DNA of 64,000 nt from an uncultured Peptostreptococcaceae bacterium (GTDB lineage: Bacteria; Bacillota; Clostridia; Peptostreptococcales; Filifactoraceae), in NCBI GenBank assembly GCA_963521605.1, contig CAUQVF010000007.1:8388-72387 (forward strand). The letters run 5' to 3'. Below, piece by piece: positions 8,772-18,553 of this stretch (position 1 is the first letter of the stretch; each line of letters starts with the position of its first letter). The notes beneath the pieces were generated by a model, which did no database searches, was not told where the DNA came from, and saw only the letters and a program-made list of their open reading frames with translations. Position numbers and translations under genes: made by a program.

Positions 8772-9869
8772 TTATACCCCCATAATTCTATTTAATTCAA
8801 CAGCTATACTATTTAAAGGCACTACCTTGTCAACCTTTCCCGTTTCCACTGCAATCTTAGGCATACCGTAAACTACGCAGCTTTCCTTATCCTGAGCCAC
8901 AGTTATGGCATTTTTTTCTGTTTTCAGTCTTTCCAATCCCTTTGCTCCATCTCCGCCCATACCGGTCATTATAACAGACACTACATTCTTTATCGGCAAA
9001 TCACAGACAGAGTTCATCATAATATCTACTGAAGGTTTGTGTCCGTTTTGTACGTTCTCATCATCCAGGTATATCTCGTATTTGTCAACTCCAATTGCTC
9101 TTAACTTCATCTGCTTACCACCGGGAGCTACATAGACATGGCCGTTTTTAAGCACTTCCTTATCTTTTGCTTCAGTAACCTTGAGCTTAGATATGGAGTC
9201 CAGCCTTTCTGCCAATGACTTTGTAAATCCTGCCGGCATATGTTGAACTACCAAAACAGCTGCATTTATATTTTGAGAAATTTCAGGTATGACCTGATTT
9301 AAGGCTCTTGGTCCTCCTGTAGATGTACCTATTGCAATTATAGTCTTGACCTTATCTCCTGAGTCATATCCCAAATCTGAAAATCTTGTAAAATTCCTTG
9401 TAAGTCCTTTTTGTACTTCAACTTGTCTTAAACGCTCAGTTCTTTTGAAATAAGGTGTTTTAACATTGACAGTAGATGCGTTTTTAACTGTCTTGATTAT
9501 TTCATCGCCAAGTTTTTCTGTATCAGCTGAAAAAATATTGGTAGGTTTTGTAATAAAATCTACAGCGCCCAAATTTAGTGCCTCGATAGTAGTCGATGCA
9601 CCTTGACTCGTCTTGGTGCTTAGCATTACAACCGGTGTAGGCTTTTTATCCATTATTGCCTGCAATGTTTCCAAGCCGTTCATTATCGGCATCTCCACAT
9701 CCAATGTAATGACATCAAAATTGCTACGAGATAGTATATCTAAGGCTTCCTTACCATTTCTCGCCTGTTCTATTAGAATAAAATCTTTGTCTGATGAAAA
9801 TATGTCTTTGAGCATTTTCCTCACAAAGGCTGAATCATCTATATTTAAAATTCTAATCTTATTTATCAT
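8772..9869 (-). CDS. cheB: Protein-glutamate methylesterase/deamidase CheB
   Basis: 365 aa with an N-terminal receiver (ILNIDDSAFVRKML...DVEMP) and a methylesterase domain (IAIGTSTGGPRAL, VVQHMPAGFT, GMGGDGA). Confidence 0.95.
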   Translation of the reverse strand: MINKIRILNIDDSAFVRKMLKDIFSSDKDFILIEQARNGKEALDILSRSNFDVITLDVEMPIMNGLETLQAIMDKKPTPVVMLSTKTSQGASTTIEALNLGAVDFITKPTNIFSADTEKLGDEIIKTVKNASTVNVKTPYFKRTERLRQVEVQKGLTRNFTRFSDLGYDSGDKVKTIIAIGTSTGGPRALNQVIPEISQNINAAVLVVQHMPAGFTKSLAERLDSISKLKVTEAKDKEVLKNGHVYVAPGGKQMKLRAIGVDKYEIYLDDENVQNGHKPSVDIMMNSVCDLPIKNVVSVIMTGMGGDGAKGLERLKTEKNAITVAQDKESCVVYGMPKIAVETGKVDKVVPLNSIAVELNRIMGV

Positions 9870-10518
9870 TTTGAAGATATTCCCTTTTTATCTTTTCTCT
9901 TTCTTTTTCAAAAACAAATCGTATTATGCTTTCTCTTTCTTTTTCACTTAAATTCAAAAACTCAAGGCTTATTTCCCATCTGTTTCTAATATTATCATTT
10001 CTGACCTTTTTTACTACTTTGGTCTCTATATACATCTTAGTTTCATCTAAAGAAAAATACGTATCTAAAATATCTCCCAGTTCAATCTTCCTGTCAGTAT
10101 AAACCTTCATACCTCCGGCACTTATATCTAAGGATGCAACGTGTTCTATTTCTTCAGAGTCTTTTCTCTTTAAATCTACTTTGAAATTTGTCTCTATTCT
10201 AAAAAACTGTCTTCTTTGATTTTCAACAATGTCGCTTATTCTTTTTATTCTGATAAAAGTTATCTTACCTTCTCTCACTTTTTCTATCACCTTGGCGTCA
10301 AACTTATACATGCCCTTTTTTTCGACCATATAAGTGACTGTTATGACAGTGTCATTTAACAACATGACCATTTCCGATTTTCTTATCGGAGTGTGTACAA
10401 GAAACAGGTTATCTTTTTCAATACTTTCCACCTTGCTTGCGTATTCTTCTATTTCACCGTTGATATTTTCTTTTAGTATTTTGACATTTTGAAAAAGTTT
10501 TGGGCTGTTTAGTACCAT
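9859..10518 (-). CDS. PilZ-domain protein (YcgR/MotI-like putative c-di-GMP flagellar brake)
   Basis: 219 aa with PilZ motifs RRQFFRIE (RxxxR) and DISAGGMKV (D/NxSxxG) in the C-terminal half. Lies between flhG and cheB; its 3' end overlaps the cheB start by 11 nt. Confidence 0.8.
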   Translation of the reverse strand: MVLNSPKLFQNVKILKENINGEIEEYASKVESIEKDNLFLVHTPIRKSEMVMLLNDTVITVTYMVEKKGMYKFDAKVIEKVREGKITFIRIKRISDIVENQRRQFFRIETNFKVDLKRKDSEEIEHVASLDISAGGMKVYTDRKIELGDILDTYFSLDETKMYIETKVVKKVRNDNIRNRWEISLEFLNLSEKERESIIRFVFEKEREKIKREYLQNDK

Positions 10519-10525
10519 AATCCAC

Positions 10526-11389
10526 CTATCTAAATAAATTTTTAAATCTGTCTACTAGTTTTTTAAAGTTTTGCGTATCGCTTTTTTTATCTATTAACTT
10601 ATCACATATGCTTACTATACATTTTGATGCATTTGCACCGGGGGACATCTCAATAAATGCCTTTTGTCTTTTTACAGCTCTTGACACGCTCACATCATCA
10701 TATATGAATCCTAAAAAGTTCAAATCTTTTTTTATAAAATTTGATGAAACGGTGTTTATATTGTCAAAAACACCTTGAGCTTCTTTTATATTTTCAGCCC
10801 TGTTTACAACTACACTAATATCTTTGTCCCTGTCTTTGATTACAAGGGATTTTATAAGTGCATAGGCGTCAGCAACTGATGTAGGCTCGCAAGTGGTTAT
10901 AACCACTACTTCGTGAGCTAATTTTGCAAAGGCGGTAACGACATTTGATATTCCGGCTCCTGTATCTATGAGAATATAGTCAGCCATATCGTTAAGCTGT
11001 GATATGGACTCTATGACTAACTCCAGTTTCTCATTGCTCAAATCTGCCAGTTCTAATATACCTGAGCCTCCTGAAATAAGTCCTATGCCGTTATTTGTCA
11101 CCGTTATTATATCTTTTATATTTGCTCCTGAATTAATAAGGTCGGAAAAATTCTTCTTAGACACTACACCCAGCAAAATCTCAACATTTGCAAGACCAAG
11201 GTCTGCATCTATAATTATTACTTTTTTTCCTCTTTTTATCAGCTCTAAAGCTGTATTCGTAGTGAAATTTGACTTACCTACTCCACCTTTTCCACTGGAA
11301 ATGCATATTATCTTAGGCTCTTTATCCGTTTTTTCTTCCTTATTTTTATTTATTACGTCTCTTAGTCTCTGCGCTTGATCGTTTATCAT
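10526..11389 (-). CDS. flhG: MinD-type ATPase FlhG (YlxH)
   Basis: 287 aa with the deviant Walker A SGKGGVGKSN. Follows flhF. Confidence 0.9.
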   Translation of the reverse strand: MINDQAQRLRDVINKNKEEKTDKEPKIICISSGKGGVGKSNFTTNTALELIKRGKKVIIIDADLGLANVEILLGVVSKKNFSDLINSGANIKDIITVTNNGIGLISGGSGILELADLSNEKLELVIESISQLNDMADYILIDTGAGISNVVTAFAKLAHEVVVITTCEPTSVADAYALIKSLVIKDRDKDISVVVNRAENIKEAQGVFDNINTVSSNFIKKDLNFLGFIYDDVSVSRAVKRQKAFIEMSPGANASKCIVSICDKLIDKKSDTQNFKKLVDRFKNLFR

Positions 11390-11390
11390 C

Positions 11391-12692
11391 TCATATCTCC
11401 CTGATTAGTTCAGACACATATTTTCCCATATTGAATTTTTCTATGTCATCAGGAACATTTTGACCAAAAGTAATATAAGAGATATTTTTTCCGGTCTTTT
11501 TGATTATATCCAAGATATTCCCCATCCTGAGGGTCTCATCTGTCTTGGTAACTATTATCTCATAATCCTCTACAAAACTGTAGGTGTCAACTATGTCATA
11601 GATATCATCTATGGATGTATTGGCTGACAGTACCAAAAATACCTTTTTATCTTCAATATTGGTCAAAACTTTTTTCAAATCTTCTATTTGAGACTTGTTA
11701 TTATGAGAGCGTCCGGCAGTATCTATAAAGACCATATCCCTGTTGGATAATCTGTCTATAGCAAAACTCAAGTCCTGTATTTCATAAGCCACCTCTATAG
11801 GAGATGATAGTATTTCAGCATAGGTCTTAAGTTGCTCTACTGCAGATATCCTATAGGTATCCAAGGTCAAAAATCCTATCCTTTTCTTATTTTCTATAGT
11901 TTCTTTAGACGCAATTTTAGCCAAAGTGGTAGTCTTACCAACTCCTGTAGAACCTATAAAGACATAGTATTTATGTCTTTTAGAAAAGTCCACCTTTATA
12001 TAATCGGCAAACATATCTAAAACTTCATTTTTTAGGTCATCATACCTAAAATTTTTACCCTTTTTTTTCAAATTTACTACTATTTCTTTTGAAAGTTCAT
12101 AAGAAATGCCTAATTTTCTGAGTTTTGAAATATTTTCTTCTTCCCTTATTATATCTTCTTCCTCTTCCGGAGTTTTAAAAGTATCATTGATTTTTTTCTT
12201 GAGTTCTCTTACAGCTGTCTTTATCTCATCTATGTCTTTTTTCACTTCTTTAGCCTCATTTTCAAAACTCTCATCAGTCCTTAGAGGCAAGTTTTCCAAA
12301 TTATTATTATAGGATAAGTCAGCTTCTCTTTCTCTTCTGTTTTTTATCATGTCGTTCATAGCATCAATATGATACTTAAATCCCATATCAGACTTCGACT
12401 TAGAAGCTATTCTTTCATCATCAATACTTACTTGAGATTTTCTTTGTGTTGTTTTTGATAAATTATTTTCTATTCTTACTCTATCTTTTCTTTCATTCTT
12501 ATTTTTTCTATCCAATACGCCTTCGTTGTCAAGTGCGGCAAGTATCTCCACTTCTTCCTTTTGGAAAAAACCCAAAAAACCGCCTGTTTTTACTTTGTTT
12601 GTCTGCAATATTATGGCATTTTCACCAAACTCTTTTCTGATAAGAGCCATTACAGAGACCGTATTTTCTCCCAAAAATTTCTTAACCTGCAT
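11391..12692 (-). CDS. flhF: SRP-type GTPase FlhF
   Basis: 433 aa with G-motifs GSTGVGKTTT and DTAGRSH, plus a basic/acidic N-terminal region. Confidence 0.9.
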   Translation of the reverse strand: MQVKKFLGENTVSVMALIRKEFGENAIILQTNKVKTGGFLGFFQKEEVEILAALDNEGVLDRKNKNERKDRVRIENNLSKTTQRKSQVSIDDERIASKSKSDMGFKYHIDAMNDMIKNRREREADLSYNNNLENLPLRTDESFENEAKEVKKDIDEIKTAVRELKKKINDTFKTPEEEEDIIREEENISKLRKLGISYELSKEIVVNLKKKGKNFRYDDLKNEVLDMFADYIKVDFSKRHKYYVFIGSTGVGKTTTLAKIASKETIENKKRIGFLTLDTYRISAVEQLKTYAEILSSPIEVAYEIQDLSFAIDRLSNRDMVFIDTAGRSHNNKSQIEDLKKVLTNIEDKKVFLVLSANTSIDDIYDIVDTYSFVEDYEIIVTKTDETLRMGNILDIIKKTGKNISYITFGQNVPDDIEKFNMGKYVSELIREI

Positions 12693-14726
12693 CTACACAC
12701 TCACCATCCCTATTGATTGTATTTTTGCTGTCGGATCTATTTCATTATAAGATAAAACTATGATATCCGAGCTTAGTTGTTCTATGAATTTTTTCAGATA
12801 GAATCTGACTATAGGCGCTGTAACTATTATAGGTTGCTCACCTAAAGATATTGCCTTTTCTACCTGTTCGTTTATATTATTTAGCAATATCTTAGAACGC
12901 ACCGGGTCAAGCGCCATATAGGTACCTGTTTCAGTAGTCTGTAAAGACTCCATAATATTTTTCTCCACATCCTGATCTATGGTTATGACCTTTGCTTCTT
13001 TATTCGGCATAAACTGATTGGTTATATTCCTATACATAGATTGCCTTACATACTCTGTAAGCATATCGGTATCCTTAGTTACCTGTGCATAGTCAGCAAG
13101 AGCTTCCACTATAGTGGCAAAATTTCTGATAGAAACTGACTCTCTAAGTAGATTTGCAAGCACCTTTTGTATTTCTCCAAGAGATAGTAGAGCTGGTGTG
13201 ACCTCATCCACAAGTGAGGGTTGTGTCTCCTTGAGATTGTCAACGAGCATTTTGACATCCTGTCTTCCTATGAGTTCATGTGCATATCTCTTTATTATTT
13301 CTGTAAGATGAGTAGCTATTATTGATGGCGGATCTACTACAGTATAGCCGTATATTTCCGCCTTTTCTCTTTCCTTAGAGTCTATCCACTTGGCAGGCAG
13401 TCCGAATGAAGGCTCTATAGTATCTATACCTGAAAGTTCTCCGTCTGCATTACCCGGATTCATAGCAAGATAGTGGTCAAAAAGCACAGAGCCTCCTGCA
13501 ACTTCAACCCCCTTAATCTTAATTATATATTCATTAGGTTGTAACTGGATATTATCTCTAAGCCTTATCATAGGTACTATGATACCAAGTTCCAAGGCAC
13601 ATTGTCTTCTTATCATTACCAATCTGTCAAACAAATCTCCGCCTTGTGATTTGTCAGCAAGAGGTATTATACCATAACCAAATTCCAGCTCTATTGCCTC
13701 TACATTAAGTAGAGGCAGCACATTTTCCGGTCTTCTTATCTCCTCAACATCATCTTTTGCAGTCTGTTCTTCCTTAATGTCAGTTTTTTCTCCCTCCTGA
13801 CCTTTTACTCTTATGGAGTTGCCCACAAAGGCAAAAACTACAGATAATACGAGGTAAGGAAGTGTAGGCAGTGGTGTAAGAGCAAGGAAGAAAAGCACTC
13901 CTGAAACTATAAACATTATAGTGGAGTTGTTGAACAACTGGTTTCTAAGGTCATTTCCAAGATTATCTTCTGAAGCTGACCTTGTAACTATGATACCTGT
14001 CGCTGCTGATATCAATAGCGAAGGAATTGATGATACCAGACCGTCTCCTACTGCAAGCAGGGCGTATTTTTGCAAGGCTTCTCCCGCTGTTATGTTCAAA
14101 TACAGTATGCCCATTAGTATACCGCCAAGCAGATTGATAAAGGTAATTATGATACCGGCTATCGAGTCTCCCTTTACGAATTTTGTAGCACCGTCCATAG
14201 AACCATAGAAGTCAGCCTCTCTTTGAATCTTGCTTCTTCTTGTCCTTGCCTGAGTTTCGTCTATCATTCCGGAGTTCAAATCTGCATCTATGGCCATCTG
14301 TTTACCAGGCATAGCATCCAGTGTAAATCTTGCAGCAACTTCAGATACTCTCTCAGAACCCTTGGTAATTACCATAAAGTTTACTATCATTATGATGATA
14401 AAGACTATAAAGCCTACTATGGCATTACCACCCATAACGAAGTTTCCGAAAGCCTCGATTACATCTCCTGCGTCACCTTTTAATAGGATATATCTTGTTG
14501 TAGTTATATTAAGCGCTATTCTAAATATTGTAGTAATCAGCAAAAGCGAAGGGAATACCGAAAAATCAAGCGCTTCCCTGTTAAACATCGCTATCAACAA
14601 TATGAGAAGTGATAATGATATGTTCATACTAAGCATAATATCTACCAGAAATTCCGGCATAGGTATTATTATCATAAGAATCATAAATATTATCCCTACC
14701 GATACTACTATATCTCCTATCTTCAT
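12693..14726 (-). CDS. flhA: Flagellar export gate protein FlhA
   Basis: 677 aa, polytopic N-terminus with the conserved RFTLDAMPGKQMAIDADL and the large cytoplasmic C-domain. Confidence 0.95.
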   Translation of the reverse strand: MKIGDIVVSVGIIFMILMIIIPMPEFLVDIMLSMNISLSLLILLIAMFNREALDFSVFPSLLLITTIFRIALNITTTRYILLKGDAGDVIEAFGNFVMGGNAIVGFIVFIIIMIVNFMVITKGSERVSEVAARFTLDAMPGKQMAIDADLNSGMIDETQARTRRSKIQREADFYGSMDGATKFVKGDSIAGIIITFINLLGGILMGILYLNITAGEALQKYALLAVGDGLVSSIPSLLISAATGIIVTRSASEDNLGNDLRNQLFNNSTIMFIVSGVLFFLALTPLPTLPYLVLSVVFAFVGNSIRVKGQEGEKTDIKEEQTAKDDVEEIRRPENVLPLLNVEAIELEFGYGIIPLADKSQGGDLFDRLVMIRRQCALELGIIVPMIRLRDNIQLQPNEYIIKIKGVEVAGGSVLFDHYLAMNPGNADGELSGIDTIEPSFGLPAKWIDSKEREKAEIYGYTVVDPPSIIATHLTEIIKRYAHELIGRQDVKMLVDNLKETQPSLVDEVTPALLSLGEIQKVLANLLRESVSIRNFATIVEALADYAQVTKDTDMLTEYVRQSMYRNITNQFMPNKEAKVITIDQDVEKNIMESLQTTETGTYMALDPVRSKILLNNINEQVEKAISLGEQPIIVTAPIVRFYLKKFIEQLSSDIIVLSYNEIDPTAKIQSIGMVSV

Positions 14727-14729
14727 TAT

Positions 14730-15848
14730 CTATCTCCTGTCAGTTTTATTATCTGTCTTTAATGAGAAGATGTAAGCCAATACCTCTGCAACTGCCTCAT
14801 ATAGCTGAGGTGTAATTACGCTTCCTATTTCTATTTCGCTGTACAATGCCCTTGCAAGAGGCTTATTTTCCACAATAGGAATATCAAATTCCTTGGCTTT
14901 TTCTCTTATCTTCTTTGCTATAAAGTCTTGACCTTTAGCCACGACATAAGGTGCGTCATACTTAGACTCGTCATATTTTATAGCTACCGCAAAATGCGTG
15001 GGATTGGTAATTATTACATCCGCCTTAGGCAAATCTTGCATCATTCTTCTCATAGCTGATTGCCTTTGACGTTCTTTTATCTTTGATTTTATCTGAGGGT
15101 CCCCTTCAGATTGCTTATATTCATCTTTAATTTCCTGCTTTGACATCATGATATTTTTATTGTATGAATATCTCTGATACACATAGTCAAAAATGCCAAG
15201 AGCTATTATGACATACGCCATCCTAAGTGCCATATTCATTGAAAAATGAAATAACATATAGGAAAATTGCTTATCATTAAGCGAAAATGACTTCATTACT
15301 AATGGCATATTGTCCTTGATGTAGGCATATCCTACATAGCCTACAAGAATAATCTTAAGCAGGGATTTAATGAGAGTAACTGTAGACTGCATGGAAAACA
15401 TCCTCTTAAATCCTGACAGTATACTTATCCTCTCAAGCTTAGGTCTAATAGTCTCAGCCGTAAATATATTTCCAACCTGAGCTTTTTGTACTAAAAAAGC
15501 TACAAAAACCACCGGTACTATTATAAATAACATTGCTTTTACACAAAAAATAAGCAAGCTAGTAAAAAGTTTATATGCCTGCATCTGATTTGTAAGCTCA
15601 AAACTGTTTAACATCCCTGTGTAATAGTTCCAAGCATCCACTATAACCTTTAATATTTCCTTGGAAAAAGTATTAATAGCAAATACAGCCGCAAAAAGTG
15701 AAGCTGCACCTGTAAGCTCTCTACTTTGAAGTATGTTCCCCTTTTTCCTGGTATCTTCCTTCTTCTTGGGAGTTGCCTCCTCAGTTTTTTCGGAAAATAG
15801 CTGTAGATCAATCTTTAAATAATCAAACATCTTTTGCTCACTTTTCAC
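14730..15848 (-). CDS. flhB: Flagellar export protein FlhB
   Basis: 372 aa with LQLFSEKTEEATPKK at the N-terminus and the autocleavage motif NPTHFAVAIKY. The true start may be the ATG at 15830 (MFDYLK...). Confidence 0.9.
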   Translation of the reverse strand: MKSEQKMFDYLKIDLQLFSEKTEEATPKKKEDTRKKGNILQSRELTGAASLFAAVFAINTFSKEILKVIVDAWNYYTGMLNSFELTNQMQAYKLFTSLLIFCVKAMLFIIVPVVFVAFLVQKAQVGNIFTAETIRPKLERISILSGFKRMFSMQSTVTLIKSLLKIILVGYVGYAYIKDNMPLVMKSFSLNDKQFSYMLFHFSMNMALRMAYVIIALGIFDYVYQRYSYNKNIMMSKQEIKDEYKQSEGDPQIKSKIKERQRQSAMRRMMQDLPKADVIITNPTHFAVAIKYDESKYDAPYVVAKGQDFIAKKIREKAKEFDIPIVENKPLARALYSEIEIGSVITPQLYEAVAEVLAYIFSLKTDNKTDRR

Positions 15849-16037
15849 AAATCACAAAACATCACATCTGTATTTACACTTCTATAATACAAGTATATAT
15901 TTTGTACAGTATCTTATTTACATAAGCTCTGTTATATGCAAGCATGGTATTAAAAAATAAGCTATACATACTAATATTTAGCTACTTGTGTTTTGAAGCT
16001 GTCTCTATTTCTTCAATAATTAACATACTTATATAAG

Positions 16038-16820
16038 CTAAGCTATTTTTAAAAACATAAAAACATATTCGCTCATCTTCTTAAATATCTCTATCACTAC
16101 ATTTTTGACCATAGGTAGGCTGATGTAGAATATAATAAAGCCCACTATTATCTTAAAAGGCATACCGACTATAAAGACATTCATCTGTGGCATGACCTTC
16201 GCCATAAAAGCAAGTAGTATATTACCTAAAAAGAGAGTAATTATTATAGGCACAACCAATAATATAGATGATACCAATATATATGCATTGAGCCTGATTA
16301 GAAAGTCCAAAAAACCCTCTTTGTAAAAATCTATAGTATTTATAGGTAGTATTTCAAATGAATTGACTATTGCTCTTATCATGAGATGATGAATATCCAA
16401 TGACAAAAACACTAAAAAAGCAAATACATTAAAAAGTTGACCGCTTATGGTAGTATTTCCTCCTATGGAGCTGTCAAATATCTGAGACATTGAAAGACCT
16501 ATATTTATATCAGCATTTGCTCCTGCCGCCATAAATATATTGAATATCAAAGCCATGCAAAGACCTATGCAAAATCCTGTAAAGAGCTCTTTTAATATCA
16601 AAAAAATAAATTCACTGCTTGAAACGTCAAGGCTTGTCTTAGGTACAACAAAAGGTAGAATCACATACGACAAAATCATACCTAACCCTACCTTTAACAT
16701 GGCAGGAATATTATTTCTTGAAAACATAGGTGCAATAATGACTATCCCCAATACTCTGGATAAAATCAACATATAAACATCAATGGAATTCATTACAAAA
16801 TATATCAATTCACCAAACAT
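16038..16820 (-). CDS. fliR: Flagellar export protein FliR
   Basis: 260 aa polytopic membrane protein in the position after fliQ. Confidence 0.9.
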   Translation of the reverse strand: MFGELIYFVMNSIDVYMLILSRVLGIVIIAPMFSRNNIPAMLKVGLGMILSYVILPFVVPKTSLDVSSSEFIFLILKELFTGFCIGLCMALIFNIFMAAGANADINIGLSMSQIFDSSIGGNTTISGQLFNVFAFLVFLSLDIHHLMIRAIVNSFEILPINTIDFYKEGFLDFLIRLNAYILVSSILLVVPIIITLFLGNILLAFMAKVMPQMNVFIVGMPFKIIVGFIIFYISLPMVKNVVIEIFKKMSEYVFMFLKIA

Positions 16821-16838
16821 AATATTCCCTATTATAAA

Positions 16839-17108
16839 CTAAACTATAAAGTTGTTCATTCCCAAAAATAAGTTCCTTGTAAAATTTACCAAGGTTGATA
16901 TAATCCAAGGTCCAAATATCACCATCGAGAGTAATACCGCCACAATCTTGGGTACAAATGCAAGCGTCGCCTCCTGAATCTGGGTAGTTGCTTGAAATAT
17001 AGATACTATAAGACCTACTACCAAACCTATGAGTAACATGGGAGCTGAAAGCAAGAGTATCATCAGAGCGGCTTGCTGTATTATATTTACTACTACATCT
17101 ATATCCAT
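16839..17108 (-). CDS. fliQ: Flagellar export protein FliQ
   Basis: 89 aa with two TM helices and the ATTQIQEATLAFVPKI motif. Confidence 0.9.
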   Translation of the reverse strand: MDIDVVVNIIQQAALMILLLSAPMLLIGLVVGLIVSIFQATTQIQEATLAFVPKIVAVLLSMVIFGPWIISTLVNFTRNLFLGMNNFIV

Positions 17109-17117
17109 AATCTACTC

Positions 17118-17912
17118 CTATTTAAATCCCATAACTATGGATCTTATAACCAAATCCCATCCGTCAACCAAGACAAAAAGCAGTAACTTAAAGGGCATTG
17201 ATATCATCATAGGCGGAAGCATCATCATACCCATTGACATTAGTGTTGAAGATACTACCATGTCTATTATAATAAAAGGTATAAACAACAAAAAGCCTAT
17301 CTGGAATCCTGTCTTTAATTCACTTATACAAAAAGCCGGTATAAGCACGGAATTAGGTATATTTTCAAGTGTAACATTGTCTTTTTTCAATTGTTCATCT
17401 TTTGATAATTCCAAAAATAATTTGATGTCAGACTGCCTTGTCTGTTTAAACATAAACTCTCTTACAGGTTTCATCACATTTTCAACTGCCTGTTCCTGTT
17501 TGATTTGCTTGTCAAAATAAGGTTTCAGTCCTCCATCATAGGCTTGTTTTCCGACCGGTGCCATGATAAAAAATGTCAAAAACAGCGCCAAGCCAACCAT
17601 TACTTGTGATGGTATAGTTTGTTGAGCCCCTATAGCCTGTTTTAAAAAGGAAAGTATCACCACTATCCTTGTAAAGCAGGTCATCATAATAAGAATGCTC
17701 GGCAAAACAGACAACAAAGTAAAAAATAAGAGTAATTCTATAGAATCACTCATATCGGTAGAGTTGCCACCCGTGTTAATATTAAGTGATACATTAGGTA
17801 TTGCGGTAGCTGATGCCATATTATTAAAAAAATAAATAAATGCAATTAAAAAAGCGCATAGAAAAACCGATTTTTTAAATCTCTTCCCCGTTTTATTTTC
17901 TGTCAGTATCAT
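17118..17912 (-). CDS. fliP: Flagellar export protein FliP
   Basis: 264 aa with conserved FTRIVVILSFLKQA and ...GFLLFIPFIIIDMVVSSTLMSMGMMMLPP. Confidence 0.9.
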   Translation of the reverse strand: MILTENKTGKRFKKSVFLCAFLIAFIYFFNNMASATAIPNVSLNINTGGNSTDMSDSIELLLFFTLLSVLPSILIMMTCFTRIVVILSFLKQAIGAQQTIPSQVMVGLALFLTFFIMAPVGKQAYDGGLKPYFDKQIKQEQAVENVMKPVREFMFKQTRQSDIKLFLELSKDEQLKKDNVTLENIPNSVLIPAFCISELKTGFQIGFLLFIPFIIIDMVVSSTLMSMGMMMLPPMMISMPFKLLLFVLVDGWDLVIRSIVMGFK

Positions 17913-18165
17913 CTTTGTAATCTAATTCCTTTAAAACAGATATGTTGTTATTGGAAGCACCCAAGAAATACTTCTTGCCGTAAACTTCAACAAGAAATAT
18001 TTCCTTATCCTTAGAAAGAATTATCTTCTCAAGGACCTTCATATTCTTATCCTTGTAAAAGCTATAATTCCTTTTTTCCACATAAACAGATGCTTTTTTC
18101 AAAGCTAATATCATTACTACTATCAAAATAGTATAAAGTATTATTTGAATAACTAAGTCCAACAA
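17893..18165 (-). CDS. fliO: FliO/FliZ-type small flagellar membrane protein
   Basis: 90 aa with a single N-terminal TM helix. Lies between cheY and fliP and overlaps the fliP start. The call is mainly positional. Confidence 0.6.
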   Translation of the reverse strand: MLDLVIQIILYTILIVVMILALKKASVYVEKRNYSFYKDKNMKVLEKIILSKDKEIFLVEVYGKKYFLGASNNNISVLKELDYKDDTDRK

Positions 18166-18169
18166 GTTA

Positions 18170-18532
18170 TTAACCTATTACCTTCTTAACAGCTTCCAAA
18201 ATTCTGTCTGCTTGGAAAGGCTTTACTATAAAGTCTTTTGCTCCTGATTGTATAGCCTCTATAACCATGGCTTGTTGTCCCATAGCTGAACACATAATGA
18301 CAGTTGCATTGGCATTTATTTTCTTAATTTCTTTTACGGCATCAATTCCGTCCATTTCAGGCATTGTTATATCCATTATAACCAAATCCGGATTAAGTTC
18401 CTTATATTTTTCTATAGCCTTAAGTCCGTTTTCTGCTTCACCTAAAACTTCATATCCGTTTTTCACCAATATGTCTTTGAGCATCATTCTCATAAATGCC
18501 GCATCATCAACTAATAAAATCCCTTTTGCCAT
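18170..18532 (-). CDS. cheY: Chemotaxis response regulator CheY
   Basis: 120 aa single receiver domain: LLVDDAAFMR, DITMPEMDG, KDFIVKPF. Confidence 0.9.
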   Translation of the reverse strand: MAKGILLVDDAAFMRMMLKDILVKNGYEVLGEAENGLKAIEKYKELNPDLVIMDITMPEMDGIDAVKEIKKINANATVIMCSAMGQQAMVIEAIQSGAKDFIVKPFQADRILEAVKKVIG

Positions 18533-18553
18533 CTTAAAAATCCTCCTAATTTT

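Noticed and set aside
14290-14775. 161-aa plus-strand ORF antisense to flhA. There are many similar plus-strand ORFs of 60-160 aa across 800-35400, for example 17029-17520, 18863-19300, 22587-23069 and 30137-30529.
   Set aside because: They all lie fully inside strongly conserved minus-strand flagellar or chemotaxis genes. They lack Shine-Dalgarno motifs, and their low-complexity S/F/L/I-rich translations are typical of shadow frames in AT-rich DNA.
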